A stretch of DNA of 64,000 nt from Euglena gracilis (Eukaryota): assembly GCA_039621445.1 (NCBI GenBank), contig CP154954.1, positions 8,744,634 to 8,808,633 on the forward strand, in the 5' to 3' direction. Positions 1 to 60,993 of this stretch are shown here, one piece after another. The translations under genes and the position numbers were made by a program. The notes below the pieces were generated by a model. It saw only the letters and a program-made list of their open reading frames with translations. It did not search any database and had not been told where the DNA came from. Within the stretch, counting starts at the first letter, position 1. The number at the start of each line of letters is the position of its first letter.

Positions 1-47093
<47,093 letters not shown>

Positions 47094-47550
47094 ACGCAGG
47101 CTGTGGCTTGGTGGCCCCCTGGTGGCCGGCCACTACCCACCGAAGGTGGGTCAACACAAATGTGGGAGTGGTGCTGCAGTCAGCTGCGGTGGCCGCAGCC
47201 GCCACCGCGACCCACTTTATTTCAGAATGGGTTGAAAGAAACAGGGTTGACATTAAGGTTGTCAATCGAACAGTTGAAATATTATCGGCAGGGGTCTTCG
47301 GCGAATTCAAAGGGCCGCCCAATTCGCTGTTTTTTTTTTATCTTTCCACAGATAACTTTTACTTCATGCAGGTTTGCTCGCACACAGAAATTGCAAGTCT
47401 CATCCTCTGTATTGTTTGTTTGTTTGTCCATGCAATATGGGCATATTATGTCTGTATTTTTGTATTTTGCATCATTTTTCATATTGCATGCATTCTAGAA
47501 GTGAGCACAAAATATCTGTTTATGGATATATAAGTTGATATGGAATGCTT

Positions 47551-48004
47551 ACCCGCCCCCCCCCCCTTGTCCACCGACCACCCCTATATACCGACCACCC
47601 CCCGGTCGGGGGTTGCAGGTTGGGGGGGCTGTACGACCACCCCCCCCGGTCGGGGGTTGCAGATGACCACGAAAAAAAATTTTCTCTCTCATGTGTTGCT
47701 TTGGGATAGGAAGCGAGGATTTTACACGGTGTCTGCAGAATGAGTTGTCCATTTCCATTTTTGTTCCATTTTGTCATGTGCATTGTACCACGGGATACCA
47801 CCCGTTCTGACCTCCATACTGAGAGGCGCCGGTGGCAACATCCACCGTGATGAAATTGCACCTTTTTTGGCTTTTGGTTTTGGTTTGGCCCCTTGTGGTA
47901 CGACCACCCCCCGGTCGGGGGCTGCAGATTGGGGGGGGTGTACGACCACCCCCCCTGGTCGGGGGTTGCAGGAACCGGTCGGTGGACAAGGGGGGGGGGC
48001 GGGT
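47551..48004. mobile_element. MITE with (C)nTTGTCCACCGACC TIR
   Basis: TACCCGCCCC...TTGTCCACCGACC / GGTCGGTGGACAAG...GGCGGGTA. Confidence 0.75.
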
Positions 48005-51000
48005 AGGTGAAACGCAATTAAACACAGTAAAACTGTACAGAAATTTTATTTTCCAATGGATGAAGGGCTCATTGTATGCTTCGTGTTTTATAGTTCATGT
48101 CATGTATTTTTGTAAAAAAATTCAATATGGCATCATTTTTAACGATATTGTTGTATGTTACTCCATTTTGATCATTTTGCACTTTTAAACATACATGCAT
48201 AATCGTGGCACAATAAGTAGCAGATGATCAAAACTACAACTCAAAATCAGTGCTCTTTGGGTCCAAGTCAGTCAAAGAAAAATGAAAAGTTGAATATATT
48301 CCCCAAGACTGCCCCCCCCAAAAAAATGAAAGAACTGGTCTCAAATTCTTGAGACAGCTGGTCTTCTGCTGATGTTGCGACACGGGCCTTGCTTCCACGT
48401 TTCCATCGTCTGCTCCTCACCATTGCAGCATGGTCGAGGTGTGTCCCTTGGCAAAGTGAACGCCGTCGATGACCTGCACACATGAGATTAGAACTGCCTA
48501 AGTTGCTGGGTGGTACCCTGGCAGGTGCATGGCCCCAGTAGGCCCTGCAGAGCCTGCGTCCTATTGTAGGGTTCCATGTGCCCCAGGAGCGGGTTCGGGC
48601 ATCATGCCGAGGAACGTGACCGCGTCTAGCGTGCGAACACGGCTGCCTTTGCAATGACTCTGCGATTTCTGTTGGCTTTGAATATCCCATGGTGAATTCA
48701 ATTGTGGTTCTGTTACATAATTTGTTCAAAAAATTGGTCACCAGTCGATCACAAAGGTCACAAAGCGTCACGAGGCAACGAGTGAAGCGTCGAACACGAA
48801 GCGGCACGTGTGTCAACTCCGACTTAGAAACCCCCACCGAGAGCAAATCATTTCTGTTGGTTGGATTTTCATTTTTGTTGGTTCACCCGCCCCCATGGCC
48901 CATAGTCCTCTACCCGGGTCACTGGGATGGGGCTGGGTTTGGGTGCGGGCTTGGGAGTGGTGAGGGGTGGTGGAGTGGAGACTGCTGGATTGGCGTTCCA
49001 GTTGGGTCTTGGATTGGGAACAGAGGCTTTTCAGGACCCAAGGAGGTAATAACGCTCCCTGCCAAACCCAAACTGCAGTCCACGACGGAATCGTTGCCCA
49101 CAAATTGACCCCAAGCTGTGGCACCAACGACAGCAATGTGCAACTGGCGTTGGGCTGAGCAAATGTGCTCTGCTGTCCCGTCCTGAAGTCGGGTTCCTGC
49201 CAGCACTGCTGCAATGCTCGTTGCAAGCGCCAAGCCGTTGAATGTTGCATTTGCAAACGTCGTATCGTCTCTTCCTGAAGCATTGCGCGCTCCAGAAAGC
49301 ACATGGATGAATGGAATGGCATCTTGTTTCTGACCTGCTCACCTTGGCATTTACATCTCAGACCTTATGGCTCAAATTGACGACGTTTGCTGGACGTCAA
49401 AGCAATTGAAGAGGAATAACAATTCAAGGTAGATGGTGGCGTGATGTGGATTGAGTGCGTAGAATCCGCTTCCCCCCTTTGCCCACCGGCTACCCTATAT
49501 ACCACCCCTGGAGGGGGTTGCAGGTAAGTGGGTGCATGCAACCCCCCCTGGTTCAGGGGTTGTGCGTAATTTTTAAAGATTTTGCTTACTTTTTAAAGTT
49601 TTGCGAATACAGGGTTTTTGGCATCTAGTCTTGATCCCCCCTGGTCAAAGGTTCAGATCAGGGGGTGTGTATCACTCCCTGGTCGGAGGTTGTAAGAAAC
49701 TGGTCAGTGCATTCAACTGGTAGGCTGGTGTCAGACTTTTGCTTTGTGTGCTGAGTTTGTTTGAAAGCAGCCGGAAGATGGTTGGCTGGTAGGCTGGAAG
49801 CCTGGTGGGCTGATAAGCTGGTGAGATGGGCTGGTAGGCTGATACGCTGGTAGGCTGGTAGGATAGGCTGGTTGGCTGGCAGACTGCTGGGCTGATGCCT
49901 GCCCCTCCCTCGAGAAATTGTCATGCCCGAGAACCTGTCAGGGTCCCCGGCACCGGCCGACCTGTCCGGGGGGGAGTGAGAGGGGGCTGGTAGGCTAGTA
50001 GCCCGTCAGCACCAGGACCCCACTTGCAATAACCTGGATAGCTCTCTCTCTACACTTGCAAAATCCTGGATAGGACCCCTTTTCTTTAAAAAAAAGATGG
50101 GTATTACGCGCATGGATCCCAAATAAAAAAAAACTGGCTGGGCAGCCTGGTCACTGATTCATAGTCTAGAAGAAAAGGAAGTCAGACAAAACCGCGCAAA
50201 ATGGTGCAAATCCTGCCAGTTGCGCTGTCACAGACGCCTGGCGACGAGTCAAAACGGTTGGCTGATTGGACTGATTGCACTGATTGCAATGACTGTGATT
50301 TATATCCAATATGCATTTGCGCATAGGTTTTGGCAAAATGGACAACATTCCCCAACAGCGGTGAGGCCACACATAAGCCATTAGAAGTGTGAAGGACACC
50401 CACAGTCCACTACAAGCGATATCTCTTGCAGTGGACAGAGAGGTGTGAGGCAGGTCAGGAACTAAAATTTCAGTAACACCTTGGACCAAAGAGGGTAGAA
50501 TGATGTAGCGAGTGTCCGTTGAGGTGTTGTGCCGGTGTTGTGGATACCAGGTGTGTTGTTGTTCAAATGTAACTTGTTGTGATCAGCAAATGCGTCCTTC
50601 ATTGTTTGTCGCCCAGGATGTCTTCAGTGAAATTTGAGAATGATAATGTGCAATGGTCTGTATGGCCAAACTGCCCCCCCCCCCCCTGTTGGTGATGAAC
50701 CCCCTTGCCCAATGAACCAGGTGCAGACCATCTACTTTGTCATCTTTAATAGCAATGCAAATGCCACGCAACCCATGCCAAACGAACGTCTCCCATCCGG
50801 ACTGTTTGTATTGTCATATTAATGTTCATTGAGCTTGGTGGGGGGTATGACGGCAGTGTGGCCAGTTTCCACCCATGTCCAATGTTGGGGGCCCCAGCGG
50901 TAGCCAATTTGAGGCCATAGTGGTGCCAACGATGGAATGGAAGGTGCCAGGAACACGAGAAGAGCTGAGTTGCCAAGGGGTTGCCAAGACCCAGTTTAGT

Positions 51001-51331
51001 CGCTTTCAAAGGATGTCCTAGGTATGCCCCAAGTTGTGGCGGGTTCTTGTCAAATGCCATTGTGTGGTCGGCCATGGTGTTTGCCAAGAAGGATGAGGTT
51101 GCGACGTGCCAAATGCAAGCAAGGTGTGTATTGTTTCAAAATACCCTGCATTGAAGGCCAAAAAGCCAGACCCATCCAATAATTTTAAAAATGAACAAGT
51201 TTTTCTGCTCATTTTCGTCACTGCCACTCTTGTGAACGCTTAAAAGGCATCCTCCCTCTCCCAGCCTTTTGTGACAATTGCCTATGGTATTCCATGGTAT
51301 CTCATGGTATTTCACATATGCCTCTCAGCCA

Positions 51332-51485
51332 GGGACGGGAGGCAGGTTCATGGGAGGGAGGTGGCCGCGGCCGGCTGTGGCCGGCCGCAGCCCAACCAGA
51401 CCAAATTTTGGAGTTTCAAAATCGAAAGTGGTCGCGGCCATTGCCCAACCAACGGCCGCCCCACCTACCATGAATGACCACCCCC
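51332..51485. mobile_element. short GGCCGCGG-family MITE
   Basis: 9-bp TSD TCTCAGCCA at 51323-51331 and 51486-51494; GGG...CCC ends. Confidence 0.7.
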
Positions 51486-51643
51486 TCTCAGCCAACCACT
51501 GACCGGATCATGTCGTGAAGTCCGCTGTGCTCTGTCCATCGTTGGTCTCCCGACATCGGCGTCTGCCGGCAATCAGCGTGAATGCGTTGAATGGCCATTT
51601 TCCCGCAGGATTAAATATTTTTTCTCGTCGCTTTTGATGTGAG

Positions 51644-52171
51644 ACAGGGGGGGGGGAAATTGATATCCGCAATTTTTCCGCAATTTCCGCAATTTTCCGC
51701 AATTTCCGCAATTTTCCGCAATTTTCCGCAATTTTTCCGCAATTTCCGCAATTTTTCCGCAATTTTTTCCCATTTTTTTTCCCGCAGAATTTTTTCCCCA
51801 CCACCGAAGATGGAAGATGCAATGAGTTCAAGCCATTCTTCAAATGGATCAACAGGTGTGCTATTGTGTTTTGTTGTTTCCCCCCCCCAGTTTACCAATT
51901 TTTCTCACAGGTGCACCACTGGTTACAGAATTGGGTGTGTCCCACCTGTGCAAAAAAACATCAAGCGTGTTGATTTGTGCTCGCCTGCATCGACGTGGGT
52001 GTTGCGGTGTTCTGAACCTCACAATCGAAAAATTTCTAAGTCCCCTCAGACAGAAATGTGTATACCCGATATCAATTTTTCCGCAATTTTTCCGCAATTT
52101 CCGCAATTTTTCCGCAATTTTTCCGCAATTTTTCCGAAGGCCTCCGATATCAATTATTCCCCCCCCCCTGT
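51644..52171. mobile_element. MITE with CCGCAATTTT repeats
   Basis: ACAG(G)nAAATTGATATC ... GATATCAATTATT(C)nTGT. Confidence 0.7.
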
Positions 52172-55100
52172 GTGAGATAATTGATCAATGTATGCCTGGG
52201 GATAGTCGGTGCCACGTTCCGCACCTTGTGGTCATACACCCTGAAAGACAGTCGCGTCTGATCGTCCTCCGAGCCTGTGCCTCTCACCTTGAGACAATCT
52301 TCCTGGCCTCCATTTTCCCTGCCCACAATTTCCGAGGCACCCCATCATATTTTCATCCATCAGTCAGGCTTAGACTCGGGCTCACGCAGCCAGTTCGTCC
52401 TATGTGAACGTTGCCCTCGGTGGTTGCCACGATTCTCCAGTTGCATGTGTGTGGCCCAACATGTGTGCGAAGGTGGTGGTGGTTGATGGTTTATTGCTGC
52501 GTCATGGGCTGGAAAAGCATTTGTGGGGAAGTCATTTTTCTTGTCTTCCTTTGCATAGGCGTGCCTGCTAAATCATGCTCAGTGGCAAATAAAGAATCGT
52601 CGCTGGCATTCACAATGTAGCATGAAAAAAAACGGCCAAGTCCTGTGGGAACCCCTTTTGGGGGGCCCCGTACAGGCCCCAAAGCGGTCTGGAGGGGCCG
52701 GGGGGATGTGGGGTGTATACAGGCCACTTGGGGGTCCCCCATGGTTGGTTTGGGTCCCCAGGTGGGTCCGTGCAGTTTTCCATCCGTTTTGGGAAATTTT
52801 CAAATAAATCAATTTTTTAACACATCAATGCCAAATCTGCAAATAGCCAAGTTTTGGAAATTGATTCCTGGGTGCAAATAGTCCAGCCGCTACATCCTGA
52901 TGGACACCGTGAGCCCATTCAGGCGCCTGTGGTCATTCTGGTGACAAAGAATGTATATGAGGTTCCCAACCCCTGCTACCAGCCAGAACTTCAGCCAAAA
53001 TCTTCCATACCCCACCCATGTCATCTCTTGGGCCTGCCGTGATTACCTCGGCGCTTTTTGCTTTGGTGGTTGGAGCTTCTGAAGAACTTGGAAGCACACA
53101 CATTTATCAGTGCAGAATGAGCAGCCGGTTGAAATGCGAGGACGCAGAACACTTAATTGCAGAGACCCCAGTGCAATGACAAATTAATATCAATCAAATA
53201 CATCATACATATATAAGTACATATGTACATACACCCATAGTCAATACACATATAAATGCATACACGTATTGATTGAGGACCAACTGGCTTACGTTCTCCA
53301 AGAATTTGTTTGTGTGTGAATACCCTCAGGCATGGGAGGGGGGCCAACAAACTCCTCCCCTGGTCCAAAATTGTTGCATATTTTTGGTGGCACATGCTTT
53401 CTTAGGTTACAATTGTTTACCAAACCCTTTTCTTATGCGTGTCCACCGTCACTGTGTCCGCTACCGTGTCCCAGTTATACCCGAAACATGCAATTCTACT
53501 CAGAATCAGCGAAACGGTGCTGTTTATCCAATAATTGTTGAAATCTGACTCTGTTTGAAAGGGCAATTGAGCTGCCACAATTGTTGGTGGTGGGCATATA
53601 TATTGCCTTGACAATGTGCACTGCAAAGGACCTATTTCCTTACAGTGTTTGATGTACTCCTCCCACAGTCTTTTCTCCTCTAACTTCACTGTTCACATCT
53701 TCCGCCCATATCTTCCACCTGGGCACCAGCAACCAGTCGTAGGTAACCAAGGTCACTATTTAAAAAGATAATTGCATCGTGCCATGTTCAATAATATTTC
53801 GATATGTAGGTTTACATGTTTCAAGTTCAGAGATAATCATAAATATTTATGAGCCATTTTTTTGAAGTCAAGCAGAGCCCGCAACCATGACATGTATTGG
53901 CACATGACATGTATTGGTTTTCGAAATCAATTCAATTGTCACACGGAACATCATATTTATGCACCTGTGTCCAAAATGATTATTGGCCCAGAAAGGCAAA
54001 GAGGTAATATGCAACCTTCAAAAAAATATTTGTGAAGCATCTCCCGAAAGGGCTGGGCCACCGTGCTCTCCCACCAGTGTCGGTGCGAAGGGAAATCACC
54101 AGCCCTGGTTCCGCAGGCTGTGCGGGAGAACATGCGGACGCAGGGAAGCGCAGAGTCACGGTAAAGATCAAGATGAGTGCCAAGTCCAACGGAAGTGCGC
54201 TGTCACCGACAATGCCACGGTCTTTCTCCTGTTCCTCCTCTCCGCCCGTTCCAATAAGTCTAGGCACCCTTGGCCACGACCACCCTGGTCTTGGGGTGCG
54301 GGTCCAGCGATCGCAACCACTTCGAGCAAACGAGGTGGAAAGTCAGTTTGTGCTGCCCATGCTGGAGGCAAGTCGAGCCGCCACCTCTTGCCTGTTGGCG
54401 AGTCAGAATGGCCCGGATCCTCTTGTCCAAGGCCACTGTTTTGTCCTTAGACGCTGCCGACTCAGGCACCTACAAATCCAACGAAAATAGCCAAAATTAG
54501 TTGTTTGGTTGTCTTCTGGCTGGCAGCGATGCAGAGTTGTAGTGATAAAGTCTGTGGGGTTCTCAAAAATGGTTGGCAGAGCCTTCAGCGCAGGCTAAAT
54601 GTGATGGCCGAATTTTTTTTCCATCTCACAAGCCGTTGCATTTTCGAAGGAATGGGATGGTTTTTAATTTTACCCGCCTCGTTGAAGTGAGAGAGGAGAA
54701 TGGCAGTCGCTTGAAGGTGGCCATGGGAAACATTCATTTAAGTAATTATGCACCAAAAAAATGTGCAAAGGCAACATTGTATTGCATTGTGTGCATTTTG
54801 ATGCCATAAAAATATAAAATTATTATTAAAAATGTTATTATTTTGTGAATGCATGTATGATATTCAAATTTCTGTTGAAGCATAATCCCAAACGCAAGTG
54901 AATTGTCACTGATATCCTGTTCACAATGTATTTTTTTCCCTGATTCTGAACAGGTTTGATATAAAGACCAATAGTGTGTATAAAAAAATATAATGCTAAA
55001 TCTTTAATTTTGCATGACCTTGTACGTTGATCATTAGTGAATTGAGAAAATTTCTTATTTTAAGAGAGATATTTCACTCAACGACCAATTCACAAGAATT

Positions 55101-56279
55101 GACTATCTGGCGACGTTGGTTGTCTAGTCCATACATTTTACCCAGAAGCGCTGGTATGGCGTTGGATGGCCAGTTTTTTTTTTGGTTTGAAGATGAAGCA
55201 ATAATTCACAAAGCCATATCAATCCTGTAAAGCAACATGTTGTTGTATGCTGTGAAAGGAATTCAATACGAACCCATCTGCGTGTATTGTGGCCATCGGC
55301 CTCTGAGCAGCCCTCTTCAAAAGGTGTTCAAATCGGGTGCAGTAGCAACGTCGGCATTCTCAGGGCACACATCAGAAGGGAAACAAATTGACGGGGTATA
55401 TAGTCAACTTTTCCACCAAAATCTCTCTCGTCACGCTCTTGAAGCTCTGGCTCGAAACATGTGAATACACCATACCAAGGGGCCACACAATGCAATGAAG
55501 GCGTCTCTTTGTCACAATATTGAGTACGTTGGGCACAACGGATCGGCCTCTTAAAATTTGCACTCCAAAGATTTGCCATCAACGAAACCCCAGTCATCAA
55601 CCCAGCTGACACGCTTCCCATTGAGCCTTGGGGCGATTTTTTTTCTCAGGTGCCATATTTTAGACTGAAGACATTATTCAAACATGTATATTTTTTGCAA
55701 CCACACCTTGGTTTCTTTCATTCACGTTTTATTCTGTTGCAGTTTTGTTACTGAAATTTTTGAGGTTGTCCAAATCCTGTAAAAATCTTGTGAGTTCAGA
55801 ATACTGTCAGACAGACATTTTTGTGTGCTGGCAGAAAACTTGCACAGCATACAATGACAATTTTTGCACACCAAGAACCACAGTTTACTACGACATTCTT
55901 CACAGAGGAATAACAAAGGCTTTTTCACACTGCATTGCAAACGGCATCCTGCATGACCGAAGGCACAACAAATCTGCATTTTTGGCAAATGTGTTTCAGT
56001 GTTCTTCTTCCCCACAGCACTCCACAGAATGGGAGGAGAGAGCAGAATCAATTGGGTGTGTATATGAGAGAAAGTTTTCTTTGCACACGTCACAGGGGAA
56101 GGCATGATCTGGAACAACAACCTGTGATGGCAGATCATTCTCGGAAGCGCATCACTGCAGGATTTCATTCCACACAACGTTTCGCATTGTTGCAGAATCC
56201 TCGTCTGGAGAGGTGCAGTTTCAGGACACTCATCTGCATTGAAGCATTGCTTTTTTGAAGGTGTGATTGAAGGTGTAAA

Positions 56280-57100
56280 AATAATTGACACAAATATGCG
56301 GAGATCCAGAGAGAGTATTTATGTCCCACACGACTGCAAGCGGCATACAGATCACTGTGCAGGATTGCTGGCGAGGGCATCCAAAGCCCACAAGACGAAA
56401 CGTTTGTCTTTGCGCATTGTTATTTGTCAAGCAGAAGGCCAAACTCAAAGAGAATTGATATTTGACATCTTCCTGCATGCAAAGGCTGAAGTGGGCATAG
56501 GAGGCGGTTTTCCATGTTCTCCAAATTCCCAGAAATCTATGGTGAAGTATTTCATACAATGCTGGCATTCCGGCTTCCACTTTTGTGGGTATGCGAGGTC
56601 TGCCGATATCACCTTTGAACTCGTCGCCGTACATGCTTTACATGTGGATCCCGAAGTTGTAGATAAGCATTACCTCCACTTGCCATCGGAGATTCTTCGG
56701 CAAGGGGTAATATTTCCATTGGATCCCTTGTGGTCCCACGGATTGAATGCGGTTCAGTCAGAAAGACGGCAGGGTGGCATTTCCCCATAAGATCCATGTG
56801 TGTCTTATCTCGGTCTGTGAAAATGCCGAAGTTCTGGCATGGTATACCAGCCAAAACCACACCTCCTGGAAACCGGACATTCGGTCCAGGACAAGTTCAT
56901 CCAAATGAGGGTATCCCTCAAATGCACGGAGCTCTGCACCGTAGAAGAAATGTCTGCAGTGATCGCACATACGATCACGCATGACGTCCAACGCCGCTTC
57001 CGGTGGTGTATGGATGACGTTGCCTGCATTGTGGAAGCTTTCCAGCTCACTCCAGGTTGCATCCCAGAGTTCCGCAGTGTGGGAACAGATTATCCAGGTC
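56280..57100 (-). pseudogene. decayed Helitron-type PIF1 helicase C-terminus
   Basis: Frameshifted motifs in order: LDELVLDRMSG..EVWF; PRIP; QFSLSLAFCLTNNNAQRQTFRLVG (cf. QFPL.LAFA.TINKSQGQT...VG); PSPAILHSDLYAACSRV (cf. P.PVFSHGQLYVA.SRV). Confidence 0.75.
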
Positions 57101-59270
57101 AGGCTCTTTGCCTGCTGGGGCAGCTTCCTGTTCCGCAGGAAGCTGCCCCAGACCCTACGATTGGATTGTGACTGTGGAGGTTCTCGGGTTTCCCGTCGTG
57201 GCTCGTCCGCCGCCAGGCAGCCCCCTCAAGGTGGTGTCCCTGACAAATTCCTGCTTGCAGAATTGGACCTGTTTAGAGGTGGAAAGGATCTCAAAACAGG
57301 GCATGTGTGACAGTGTGGCGTCACACCGGTCACGTGTGAACTGCCCCCACCCATACCCACAGGTGACGTGCAGCAGTCAAGCTGGCTGCATCAGTGTGTG
57401 ACAAATTCCTAACTGGCAGTTTCCGACACTTGCGAGTTTTCCTCGTCAGTGTCAACATGTATCACCTCAGGCGGGTTTTCCGTCCTCGGCGAGCGGTGTT
57501 GTGGCTGCGGAGGCAGATTTTCTGCTCTGTGGTCACATTTGCCAACAGCAGAGGCACCAGGTCGAGATACGGGATCCTCCGGCCTTGCCGCTTTCGGCCG
57601 TGCAGGTGCGGGGGGTCTTTGTTGGATGTTGTGATAGGCCGCTGCATTTTTTTTCATATTGCAATGCTCCTCTTCCGTGTTGAACGGGCGTCCAGTCCAA
57701 AGATTCACAGTTCATCCTGTGCCTGGGTAGCTGGCACCACTCAAAAGGGCATTGCAGCTTCCCGCGGTGTTGCAACACATTCCGTTCATCATTCCGTTTT
57801 TTTAAACACTTTCACAAGCATCAGGCGCAAAACCTGGTTTTTCTTTTTCGCATTGGCTCATCCTTCACTTCGTCCAAGTGCGCAACCCGCTTGCAACACA
57901 GAAAGTGCCGAGGTGGGGCGTTGGGTGCTGAGTCGAGGCAGAGAGAGGCAGAGCTGTACACCGCATAACGTTCCTGGGCACTAAGCATGGCAGGTGACCC
58001 GGGGAAAGTGCAGTGCAGGAAGGTGAAGGTGAACCGCTTCCTCAGCGTCCTTAAGGGAACCTTCATATGCTTCGTTCCGGAGGCCTAAAAACAAGCAAAT
58101 ATGCCCGGAGTGTTGGCGCGGGGTTGCCAGTGGCAGGATGCGGCAGTGCCGCCCGTTCCATGCGACCGCAACTCCGCATTGCCTTCGGATGCCTGGGTAT
58201 TTTTGACACCTTACCATTTCTTGCTTTTCTTGCTTCTCTGTCCAAGTTTAGCCATCTTGACTGCTCGCTGGGATGCAAGTTAATGGAATCACACCATAGT
58301 CGATATTTAACTGAACAGATATTCTGTGGACCAACGGAGTTCTCCCACAGGCCGAACCAGTTTGCTGCATTCTGATCAATCAAAGCCTTCAAAACCCCCC
58401 GTGAGCGTGAGCACGTGTGAGCAATGCCGGAAAATCATCACTGACTCGGCATTGGTCGATGGTGTGGTTCCAAAGAATGTCAATATCAAAATGTCATTTT
58501 TTTGCTGAATGCAGTGTCTTTGCCTTCTGACCAGAGAATCCCCAGTGTTCGCTGTTCTGAAGGCTTAATTCAATGCACTCTGGAATTGTAATCCTTGTTT
58601 GAGCAGTCCAGAGAATCCCCAAACTGGGGGAGGCCATAAACAATTGTTAATGGCGAGGAGCAGGAGCAATTTGGTCCATCAAAAATTCACCATGGTGACG
58701 CTGAAAATACATTTTAAATGCCCTGAAAAGTCGGAACAATGGTAACCAATGAAGGAAATGCTTGCCCTTAGTTCCATACACATTAACTCATACAGTGGGG
58801 AAACAAGCCACACAAACAGACACCGCTGACAACTGTTGTTCAATCAACTGAACAAGAGCAATGGCATACTCAATTTCCCTGGTCTGGGAGGCTCAGGCAC
58901 ACCTAATCACAAGAAAACCAACAAAACAGGCACCGTTAATATATATGCTTAAATATCTTTAACCTGCATATTGTTGCTTGCATCACGTGGATTTTGTTGC
59001 CACTCCTGACAATCCAATAACATATCTTAAAATAAACACTCAGTGTGTCATAAAGCAGACGAAAAAGTGGAGAATTTTTTTCAGCAAACTCTGGAATCCC
59101 ACGCAGTTGGAAAAGGTCTGTTTCATACACCGTTTTCATGCTTTCTGAAAAAGATTTTGGGAGAGGTTTCCACAAAATGTCGTTTTTTATTTTACCCTCC
59201 TGGATACAACATTTTTGCTTATTTAGTTTATTTAGTATATTTATTTTTTAATTTATTTTCTATTTATTTT

Positions 59271-59353
<83 letters not shown>

Positions 59354-60011
59354 TGTTTTTTATTAATTCGGTTGCTCCCCCCCCTCCGGCCGGACACCCT
59401 GGTGTACGAAGATTGGGAAGATCACTGGTGTGATACCCAGGAACCATAAAGGTTAAGAGTTTGACCTGAATGATGGGCTGTGTTAATTTGCCCTTTCTCT
59501 GGCACACAGCAACTGGAGGAGTACATGTACATGAGACTGGTTTATGCAGGGCGGTCCTTAAGGGACAGGAAAGTTTTTTTTTATTTCCTTAAGGACCGCC
59601 CCCCTTTCGGCCAATGGGCCAACCAAGGTTCGGACTGGGACTTGAACGGGGGCAAAAATTAAAAAGTCGAAAAACACAGTTTTTGATGATTTGGGTGGAT
59701 GGACGATGGTCCAAGGGTGCCAGGAATCAATTTTTTTCCTGGTGTCGACCTGTTCTCGCTGAAAAATGCCCAAATTTCTTGCCCATTTTCCTGAATATTT
59801 TTCATTGAGTGTGCTGGGACAGCGGAGTTTTTTTTTTTGCTTAAGGACCGCCCTGGGTTTATGAGACAACATTCCAAACAAACATATGAAACCAGAAAAA
59901 CAGCCTTCTTTAACAGGGTCAGTTCCCTGGGAGCAAAAATCCTTGCAACTGCCGGGAGCATAAGTTTTTGAACCCGGGCAGAAGATGTCGCTGAGAGAAA
60001 TATTATGTAAA

Positions 60012-60438
60012 CCCCCCCCAAATATAAGAAACCCGTTTCTTATATTTGGGTGTCGGCCGATAGGCCCAAAGGGTTTCTTATATTTGGGGGTTTCTTATAT
60101 TTTGGTGTCAAAGGCAGGCCCAAGGGTTTCTTATAAAATGGAACTTTTTCTTCCTTCAGTTCCTTCATGTAATTAAATACATGTGACCGCGCCGTGTAGG
60201 ATTTTCATGTCTGATGATTTCTGAGGCCCTGGAGCGTGTTTATGCTGTATCGGATCATTCCATCAGTCCAGAAGGAAGTGGTAGACTGTTTTTTCTGAAT
60301 CTGGGAGCGATGTCGGTGAAAGAAAGATTCGCCAGGAATGAGGGGTTTCTTATATATGGATTAGCGTCCAACAGCCCAGGGGTTTCTTATATTCGGGGGT
60401 TTCTTATAGCGAGGGGTTTCTTATATTTGGGGGGGGGG
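60012..60438. mobile_element. MITE with (C)nAAATATAAGAAACCC TIR
   Basis: Right end GGGTTTCTTATATTT(G)n; motif also repeated internally. Confidence 0.75.
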
Positions 60439-60875
60439 TTAAAAGTGTTCCCAAACTTGCAGGTGACTCAATGCAACATGAGAATTCCATTTTTCGGAAA
60501 CTGGCACTGGAACATTCCGCTGATTCCGATGATTTTTTTTCCTGATAAAACCATGAACGTTTTTTATTCTGACGAAATTCCATTTGGCAGTTTGGCTTGA
60601 GCAAATGTGAACCCTTCCTTTTGGCTGTTTTGTGTAGCACTGTAGCCCCTCAGTTGTCGTTCATTGTAAATTGGCAATCCTGGAAAATCATCTCCTGACC
60701 CTCAGTATTGGTCGATGGTGCAGTTCCCAAAAAAATGTCAATATCAAAATGTCATTTTTTTTGCTGAATTCAGTGTCTTTGCCTTCGGACCCCCCATGCC
60801 CAATGAACAGGGGGTGTCCGGACCATCTGGATTCTCACCACGAGTGAACAGTTCATTGTTGCCCCCGACCGCGAG

Positions 60876-60993
60876 CCCCCCGTGCGCACCCGAATAAGCA
60901 AACCGATCCTAATGCAAACAGAGACACCGAAGGTTGGGCCGGTGTCTCTGTTTGCATTAGGATCGGTTTGCTTATTCGGGTGCGCACGGGGGG
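60876..60993. repeat. perfect 54-bp inverted repeat, 10-nt loop
   Basis: CCCCCCGTGCGCACCCGAATAAGC...GACACCG / CGGTGTC...GTGCGCACGGGGGG. Confidence 0.9.

Noticed and set aside
48268-54500. Protein genes in several 90-190 aa ORFs
   Set aside because: No recognisable motifs and no host GC3 bias; possibly decayed TE coding sequence, but unassignable without a search.
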